Assembly: GCA_902556065.1 (NCBI GenBank)
Contig: CACDUV010000001.1
Coordinates: 30,534-94,533 of the forward strand
Reading direction: 5' to 3'
DNA from: an uncultured Pelagibacteraceae bacterium
GTDB lineage: Bacteria; Pseudomonadota; Alphaproteobacteria; Pelagibacterales; Pelagibacteraceae
Length of the DNA: 64,000 nucleotides
Positions within the stretch are counted from its first letter, which is position 1; each line of letters begins with the position of its first letter. The notes below the pieces were generated by a model. That model saw only the letters and a list, made by a program, of their open reading frames with translations. It made no database searches and was not told the origin of the DNA. The position numbers and the translations under genes are program-made. Of the stretch, positions 58,425 to 64,000 are shown one piece after another.

Positions 58425-59894
58425 ATGACAGATCTAGAAAAACACGTTAACCAACCGGGACGTGCTAAATTAGTAAAAGATGTAAGAGCAAAAATTAAAG
58501 AGTTAGGAATAACTTATATTTATTTTCAATTTATTTCAGTAACTGGAAGAGTTGTGGGAAAAGGTATTCCTGCTGATCATTGGGAAAGAACTGCTGAAAA
58601 AGGTTTTCAACTAGTTTATGGTTCTACCGCAAACTTATTTTTAGATCGTCACAATAATTACATCGGTTATGGTCCGGAGGCTATGGAGCTTGTAGGTATT
58701 CCTGATCCAGAAACTTTTGTACAATTACCTTGGGATAAAAGAGTTGCTCGAGTTTTCTGTACTTGTTTTAGAAACAGAGAAGAAAGAGAAAATCCAGGCG
58801 GTCACTTAACTTCTGACTGTAGAGGAAATTTAAGAATTTTCATGGATGAATTTAAAAAGAAACACGGGCTAGAATTAAGAGTAGGTACAGAGCCTGAAAT
58901 GATGTGGTTGACTAAAAATGAAGATGGAACACCGTCAGGTAAAGGTTTCTCGAAACCTTTCTGTTACCACATTGATCAATTCGAGTCATTAAGGCCAGTG
59001 TTTATGCAGGTAATAGAATATGCAAATGCTATGGGCCTTGACATGATTCAAGGTGACCATGAAGATGCACCAGGTCAATTAGAATTAAACTGGACTTATG
59101 ATAACGTTTTAAGAAATGCAGATAGATTATCTACTTACAGACAAATTTGTGCACAAGTAGCTAGAGAACATAATTTAATTGCTTGCTTTATGACAAAACC
59201 TTTTATGGGTGTGTCTGCTAGTGGATGTCACACAAATATGTCTTTATGGAAAGGTGGAAAGGTTAAAGTAAATAAACTTGGTCATAAATCTTTACCAGGA
59301 GTTGATGGGGTATTTAGTTATGTTGAGGGTGGAACAAATACTTTCATGCCTGACACTAAGGATATGCAAATGCCAGGTAAAATTGGTTTGCAATCAATTG
59401 CAGGTATTATGAAACACTTACCAGCATTAACGGCTCTTGGATCTTCGACAGTAAATTCTTACAGAAGATTGTGGGATCAAGGATTTTGGGCACCTGTCTA
59501 CGCTGACTGGGGATATCAAAACAGAACTTGTGGTTTGAGGGTTTCTGCTCCAGGAAGATTTGAGTATAGATCAGTAGACTCGATGCATAATCCTTACTTG
59601 TTAGGTGCTGCATTATTAAAAGCCTGCGATGAAGGTATAAGCAAAAAAATGAAACCAGCAGCTCCTGAATCTAGAAATATTTATGAAGCTCAAAAAGCTG
59701 GTAAAGATGTTAAAAAACTTCCATTAAGTTTAGGTGAAGCTTTGGATAGACTTGCAGAAGATGAAGTTATCAAATCTGCAATGCCAGATGAGATGTATAA
59801 AGTTTTCCATTGGTACAAAAATGATGAGTGGGAAAGATTTCTAGGTGCAACAACGCAATGGGATCTGGATACTTATCTTGATTGTCTACCGTAG
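58425..59894 (+). CDS. gmaS: Gamma-glutamylmethylamide synthetase (glutamine synthetase family)
   Basis: G.EPE, DHED.PGQ.E, FM.KP....SGCH, NSYRRL, WG..NRT...R, RFEYR..D...NPYL; upstream of mgsABC; start placed at ATG 58425 by RBS spacing. Confidence 0.85.
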   Translation: MTDLEKHVNQPGRAKLVKDVRAKIKELGITYIYFQFISVTGRVVGKGIPADHWERTAEKGFQLVYGSTANLFLDRHNNYIGYGPEAMELVGIPDPETFVQLPWDKRVARVFCTCFRNREERENPGGHLTSDCRGNLRIFMDEFKKKHGLELRVGTEPEMMWLTKNEDGTPSGKGFSKPFCYHIDQFESLRPVFMQVIEYANAMGLDMIQGDHEDAPGQLELNWTYDNVLRNADRLSTYRQICAQVAREHNLIACFMTKPFMGVSASGCHTNMSLWKGGKVKVNKLGHKSLPGVDGVFSYVEGGTNTFMPDTKDMQMPGKIGLQSIAGIMKHLPALTALGSSTVNSYRRLWDQGFWAPVYADWGYQNRTCGLRVSAPGRFEYRSVDSMHNPYLLGAALLKACDEGISKKMKPAAPESRNIYEAQKAGKDVKKLPLSLGEALDRLAEDEVIKSAMPDEMYKVFHWYKNDEWERFLGATTQWDLDTYLDCLP

Positions 59895-59925
59895 GTCTTA
59901 AAAAATATAGAAAGGGTATAAAAAT

Positions 59926-60870
59926 ATGTGTGGGATAGCAGGATTAATTCATAGAGGAAAATCCTCTAATGTTGGAAGCGAATTGCAAGGAATGCTTCAA
60001 GCGTTAAAACATAGAGGTGAAGACTCAACTGGATATGCTTTGTATGGAGATACAGATGGTAAAAATTTCATCATGCGTTTCAAGGTTGGTGAAAACGTTG
60101 GGGAAGGAAGTTCATCTATTATGGAAGATGTTTCTGTATATGATGAAAGAAAAAAAGTTGTAGATCAAACTCTAGCTGAAATGGGAGCTAAGGTTGTCAA
60201 AGAAGAAAGAACACTTCCCTACTCTTTAAGGTATGAAATTGATTATAATGTAAAAGACCTTTTGGAATTTTCTCAACGTATAGAAAGTATCCCTGGTGTT
60301 GAAATTCTTTCGATGGGTAAATCTTTGGAAGTTATTAAAGATCTTGGAAACGCTAAAATGGTTTGTGATAGATACAGCTTAGATAAAGTAGTTGGAACTC
60401 ATGCTATTGGTCATGCTAGAATGGCTACAGAGTCTGGTGTAGATATTAAATCTGCTCACCCTTTTTGGGGTTACCCATTCAGTGATGTATCTGTTGTTCA
60501 TAATGGACAGTTAACTAATTATTGGAACAATAGAAGAGTTTTAGAAAATAAAGGTATGAGATTTATGTCTGAATGTGATTCAGAATTAATTGCAGTTTAC
60601 ATTGCAGAAAAAATGAGAGATGGAGCAACTTTAGAAGAAGGAATGAAAGCATCTTTAACAGGTTTAGATGGTGTTTTTACTTACTTTGTTGCAACAAAAG
60701 ACTCTTTGGGAATGGCAAAAGATACGATGGCTGCAAAACCATTGGTGTTATACGAGTCTGACGATTTAGTTGCAATGGGATCGGAAGAAATAGCAATAAG
60801 ATCGGTATTACCACAAGAAATTGATACATATGATCCATTTGATGGGGAGGTGAAAGTATGGCAAATCTAA
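59926..60870 (+). CDS. mgsA: N-methylglutamate synthase subunit A (class II GATase, GlxB)
   Basis: MCGIAG N-terminal nucleophile, RG.DS.G, GHARMATES, AHPF, HNG, DSE. Confidence 0.88.
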   Translation: MCGIAGLIHRGKSSNVGSELQGMLQALKHRGEDSTGYALYGDTDGKNFIMRFKVGENVGEGSSSIMEDVSVYDERKKVVDQTLAEMGAKVVKEERTLPYSLRYEIDYNVKDLLEFSQRIESIPGVEILSMGKSLEVIKDLGNAKMVCDRYSLDKVVGTHAIGHARMATESGVDIKSAHPFWGYPFSDVSVVHNGQLTNYWNNRRVLENKGMRFMSECDSELIAVYIAEKMRDGATLEEGMKASLTGLDGVFTYFVATKDSLGMAKDTMAAKPLVLYESDDLVAMGSEEIAIRSVLPQEIDTYDPFDGEVKVWQI

Positions 60871-61712
60871 AAACAATATCAAAAAAGTCAAAAGCCCAAT
60901 CAATGGGTATGCACACAGAGGTATTGACAGGAAGAACTCAACAAAAATTCTTCAACCCTGATGAAGCAGAAAACTTTTATTACTTCGGTACATACGATGT
61001 AGATTTCAATAAAAGAACTGATCTTGATGTTAAAGACATGACAGCTCCTGAAGCTAATAAAGAAATCGATAACTTAATGAGCCAAGGATATGGGACAATA
61101 GTAATAAAAAACCCACAAGGTAAACATAGTCTTGGGGTTGGTATTTTAAATAAACTTAATTTAATTTTTGAGGGAAGTTTAGGATATTTTGGTATGGGTT
61201 CATGCGATGGTCCAATTGTTAGGATTAATGGAAGAGTTGGATGGTCATGTGCAGAAAACTTAATGGCTGGTAAAGTAGTAATTGAAAAGAATGCTGGATC
61301 TTGTTTTGGTGCGGCAATTAGAGGGGGAGATTTAATTTGCAAAGGTAGTGTTGGTGCCAGAACTGGTATTGACATGAAAGGTGGAACTATCATTATTGGT
61401 GGAGATGCGGGTGCATTCACAGGTTTTATGATGCAAAGAGGAAGAATAATTATCCTTGGAGACGTTGGAATTAACCTGGGTGACTCTATGTATGATGGGA
61501 CAATTTTCGTAGGTGGAGAAATTGGGTCATATGGTAGTGATGCTGTAGATTCTGAATTAACATCTAGTGACCAAGACTGGCTTAAAAGAAAATTAAAGGT
61601 TGCTGAAATCGGTGAAAATTTTGATGTAAGTAAAATGAAAAAAATTGTAGCGGGTAAAAAACTTTGGAATTATGATAATTTGGAACCTACAGAGAAGAAG
61701 GGAGCAATATAA
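60858..61712 (+). CDS. mgsB: N-methylglutamate synthase subunit B (GXGXG / FwdC-like, GlxC)
   Basis: NP.G.HS, repeated G...G...AENL..G / G..GAR.GI.MKGG beta-helix motifs. Confidence 0.88.
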   Translation: MANLKTISKKSKAQSMGMHTEVLTGRTQQKFFNPDEAENFYYFGTYDVDFNKRTDLDVKDMTAPEANKEIDNLMSQGYGTIVIKNPQGKHSLGVGILNKLNLIFEGSLGYFGMGSCDGPIVRINGRVGWSCAENLMAGKVVIEKNAGSCFGAAIRGGDLICKGSVGARTGIDMKGGTIIIGGDAGAFTGFMMQRGRIIILGDVGINLGDSMYDGTIFVGGEIGSYGSDAVDSELTSSDQDWLKRKLKVAEIGENFDVSKMKKIVAGKKLWNYDNLEPTEKKGAI

Positions 61713-63124
61713 TGCCTAAGAAAAAATCTAAAAAAGTTAAAAAAAATGGAAAAGGTGTTGGTGGAAAAGCTGATGTCCATGTACATGAAGAAGGTAAAAG
61801 AAATAAAAGTTTATTAGGTCATAACGCTATCTTCACACCTGAAGTAATAGACGATATTCATATTAAATCTCAATTAGGAAGATACAGAATGCGAGGAATG
61901 GCATTGATGAAAAAAATTCCTACTTTTGATGATTTGGTTTTCTTACCTGGAACACTAACTAGATTTGTAATCGAAGGTTACAGAGAAAAATGTGAAACAA
62001 AAACTGTTATTGGACCAAGATGTGAAAATCCAATTGAATTAGATATTCCAGTTTATATTACAGGAATGAGTTTCGGTGCACTTTCTTATGAAGCAAAAAC
62101 TGCTTTAGCAAGAGGAGCTACTATGGCTGGGAGTGCTACATGTTCAGGTGAAGGTGGAATGATACCTGATGAAAGAAGATACTCTGAAAAATGGTATTAC
62201 CAATGTATTCAATCAAGATATGGTTTTAATCCACATCATGCACAATTAGCCGATGGAATTGAGGTATTTATTGGACAAGGTCAAAAAGTTGGAATGGGCG
62301 GACACTTAATGGGTCAAAAAGTTACTGACCAAGTTGCTGAAATGAGATCGTTACCATCTGGTATTGATCAAAGATCTCCAGCGAGACACCCTGACTGGCT
62401 AGGACCAGATGATTTAGCTTTAAAAGTAGAGGAACTAAGACAGTTAACAAAAAATAAAGTGCCAATTCAGTTAAAGTTAGGTGCATCTAAAGTTTATGAT
62501 GATGTACGTATGGCTGCAAAATGTGATCCTGACTCCATTTACTTAGATGGAATGGAAGGTTCTACTGGAGCAGGCCCACATATCGCTGCTGCAAACACTG
62601 GTATTCCAGGTATTGCTGCAATTCGAGAAGCTAGAAGAGCAATCGATGATGTTGGTAAAACTGGAAAAGTAACATTAATTTATGCTGGTGGAGTAAGAGA
62701 CGGTGCTGACATGGCTAAGGCTTTAGCTCTTGGAGCTGATGCAATAGCTATTGGTACAGGATCTATGATCGCATTAAACTGTAACAAAGATATTCCTGAA
62801 GCTGATTTTGAAAAAGAAATGGGAGTAAAAGCAGGTGAATGTTATCATTGCCATACTGGACGTTGTCCAGTAGGTGTTGCTACACAGGACCCTAAACTAA
62901 GAGCTAGATTAAATCCTGATGATGCTGCACTTAGAGTTTACAATTATCTTCATTCAATGACTTTAGAAGCTCAGCTTTTAGCAAGAGCTTGTGGAAAAAC
63001 AAATATCCACTCACTAGAGCCTGAAGATTTAGCTGCTTTAACATCAGAAGCATCAGCATTAGCAAAAGTTCCATTAGCTGGAACTAACTACACTGTTGGT
63101 GTTGATAACTACCACAAAATATAG
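61712..63124 (+). CDS. mgsC: N-methylglutamate synthase subunit C (FMN-binding glutamate synthase domain, GlxD)
   Basis: GMSFGALS, SGEGGM, GQG.K.G.GG.L, RHPDWLGPDDL, DGM.G.TGA, C..CHTG.CPVG.ATQ. Confidence 0.9.
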   Translation: MPKKKSKKVKKNGKGVGGKADVHVHEEGKRNKSLLGHNAIFTPEVIDDIHIKSQLGRYRMRGMALMKKIPTFDDLVFLPGTLTRFVIEGYREKCETKTVIGPRCENPIELDIPVYITGMSFGALSYEAKTALARGATMAGSATCSGEGGMIPDERRYSEKWYYQCIQSRYGFNPHHAQLADGIEVFIGQGQKVGMGGHLMGQKVTDQVAEMRSLPSGIDQRSPARHPDWLGPDDLALKVEELRQLTKNKVPIQLKLGASKVYDDVRMAAKCDPDSIYLDGMEGSTGAGPHIAAANTGIPGIAAIREARRAIDDVGKTGKVTLIYAGGVRDGADMAKALALGADAIAIGTGSMIALNCNKDIPEADFEKEMGVKAGECYHCHTGRCPVGVATQDPKLRARLNPDDAALRVYNYLHSMTLEAQLLARACGKTNIHSLEPEDLAALTSEASALAKVPLAGTNYTVGVDNYHKI

Positions 63125-63132
63125 AGGTAACT

Positions 63133-63543
63133 ATGCCAAAGAAAAAAAATAAAAAAGCAGCAAAAACAAAAGAGATTAAAGGTCAGTTAGGCAAAAAGAA
63201 AGAGACTGCCAGAGAAAAAATGATTGGCCAGTCTATTGGTTACAGATACGATGTTAATCTTTTACCGGACTATTCTAAGCTAACTCCGTTTCTAAAAAAA
63301 TATATAGAAGCGATGGGATGGGATGATTTAAATTGGTTGGAAGATGTTCACATGGGTTATGAGGAAGATAGACCAGCAGTGTTCTGTAGAAATGCAAATG
63401 GTTGGGTTACAATTCCAAAATCAATTAAACTTCCTAACAACCAACAAGACAGAGACATGATTGCAAGAGAGCTTTTAGTTAAGTTCCAAATGTCTCCAAA
63501 ACATCCTCTTGTTGATTTGAAAAAAGCTTATTTAAAATTTTAA
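63133..63543 (+). CDS. Conserved hypothetical protein at the end of the mgs operon
   Basis: GAGG RBS; starts 8 nt after mgsC; followed by a terminator; Lys-rich N-terminus. Confidence 0.8.
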   Translation: MPKKKNKKAAKTKEIKGQLGKKKETAREKMIGQSIGYRYDVNLLPDYSKLTPFLKKYIEAMGWDDLNWLEDVHMGYEEDRPAVFCRNANGWVTIPKSIKLPNNQQDRDMIARELLVKFQMSPKHPLVDLKKAYLKF

Positions 63544-63568
63544 TATTTCAATTAAAAGTTGATTTTTT

Positions 63569-63600
63569 TTAAAAACCTAGTGCACAAGCTAGGTTTTTAA
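63569..63600. terminator. Intrinsic terminator (bidirectional shape)
   Basis: TTAAAAACCTAG-tgcacaag-CTAGGTTTTTAA. Confidence 0.8.
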
Positions 63601-63611
63601 ATGTTTTTATA

Positions 63612-63641
63612 TTTGTATCGAATCACAAAATTTAATAGGCT
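63612..63641 (+). promoter_or_regulatory. Putative sigma70 promoter of amt overlapped by a palindrome
   Basis: TTGTAT-N17-TAGGCT (63613-63641); TTTGT-N8-ACAAA (63612-63629); GGAGAG RBS. Confidence 0.45.
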
Positions 63642-63667
63642 CCCATAAACTAATATGGAGAGAGAAT

Positions 63668-64000
63668 ATGACTGATCAGTTAGGTGCTCTTACAACCATA
63701 TTTACAGAATTTTACTACTGGGTGACAGTGGTACTGATGTTCTTAATTCACGTCGGTTTCTGTATGTATGAAGTTGGAGCTTCTCGATACAAACACCATC
63801 AACATACTCTTATGAAAAACACGATGCTGATACCATTGGTAACAGTAACATGGTTTTTATTTGGTTGGTGGATTTACTGGGCTTTTCCAACAGGACCTGG
63901 ATTAGCACCATCAATAATGAATGAAAGCACTGCGCTCATCACAGATGAGTCTGCGTTTAGTGCTACATGGTATACGGCAACAAGTGAATTAATGGCTGTC
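63668..64000 (+). CDS. amt: Ammonium/methylammonium transporter (Amt family), 5' part; runs off the window
   Basis: Manual translation MTDQLGALTTIFTEFYYWVTVVLMFLIHVGFCMYEVGASRYKHHQHTLMKN...WFLFGW: Amt TM1 GF...E.G..R.K.....LMKN motif. Not in the ORF track. Confidence 0.88.
   Translation, partial: MTDQLGALTTIFTEFYYWVTVVLMFLIHVGFCMYEVGASRYKHHQHTLMKNTMLIPLVTVTWFLFGWWIYWAFPTGPGLAPSIMNESTALITDESAFSATWYTATSELMAV

Noticed and set aside
3215-61420. Many short alternative-frame or antisense ORFs in the track (e.g. 3215-3412, 5280-5513, 16616-16873, 31416-32143, 49339-50244, 60980-61420)
   Set aside because: All lie within long, well-supported genes, lack motifs and RBS, and look like shadow ORFs
58425-63124. 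Calling these glnA and gltB (ammonia assimilation)
   Set aside because: Three separate GlxB/C/D-type subunits next to a GS-like gene, tdm and tmm fit gmaS-mgsABC; the GS-like protein lacks the GSI adenylylation-site motif

Overview
AT-rich (roughly 30% GC by eye), very gene-dense bacterial DNA with many overlapping stop/start codons. Gene content and streamlining point to a SAR11 / Candidatus Pelagibacter-type marine alphaproteobacterium (inference). Almost the whole window is a supercluster for methylated-amine, betaine and C1 oxidation. (i) A ~16 kb minus-strand run: Rieske oxygenase, BHMT, two dimethylglycine/sarcosine dehydrogenase-family proteins, ETF and ETF-QO, with an unexplained block inside it (SAM methyltransferase, minimal SET protein, DddP-like M24 enzyme, P-loop kinase plus HxGH nucleotidyltransferase, Fe/2OG oxygenase, enoyl-CoA hydratase, CoA-binding protein, BT1 transporter). 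(ii) A betaine-type SBP and permease, a short MetF and a DmdA-like THF-dependent demethylase. (iii) An atypical M19 amidohydrolase, a 553-aa unknown, DUF3726 and an unannotated 55-aa CxxC-CxxC protein. (iv) purEK, a GNAT, a cold-shock protein and a racemase. (v) soxBDAG/mgd-type oxidase, fhs, a GATase and an Fe-ADH. (vi) A GH63 hydrolase, sugar ABC transporter, glpK and gpsA (probable glycosyl-glycerol osmolyte cassette) split by tmm. (vii) tmoXWV, tdm, a wHTH regulator, a FAD amine oxidoreductase, gmaS, mgsABC, an unknown ORF and a partial ammonium transporter. No rRNA, tRNA, CRISPR array or mobile element was recognised. All family calls come from motif recognition by eye, with no database search.
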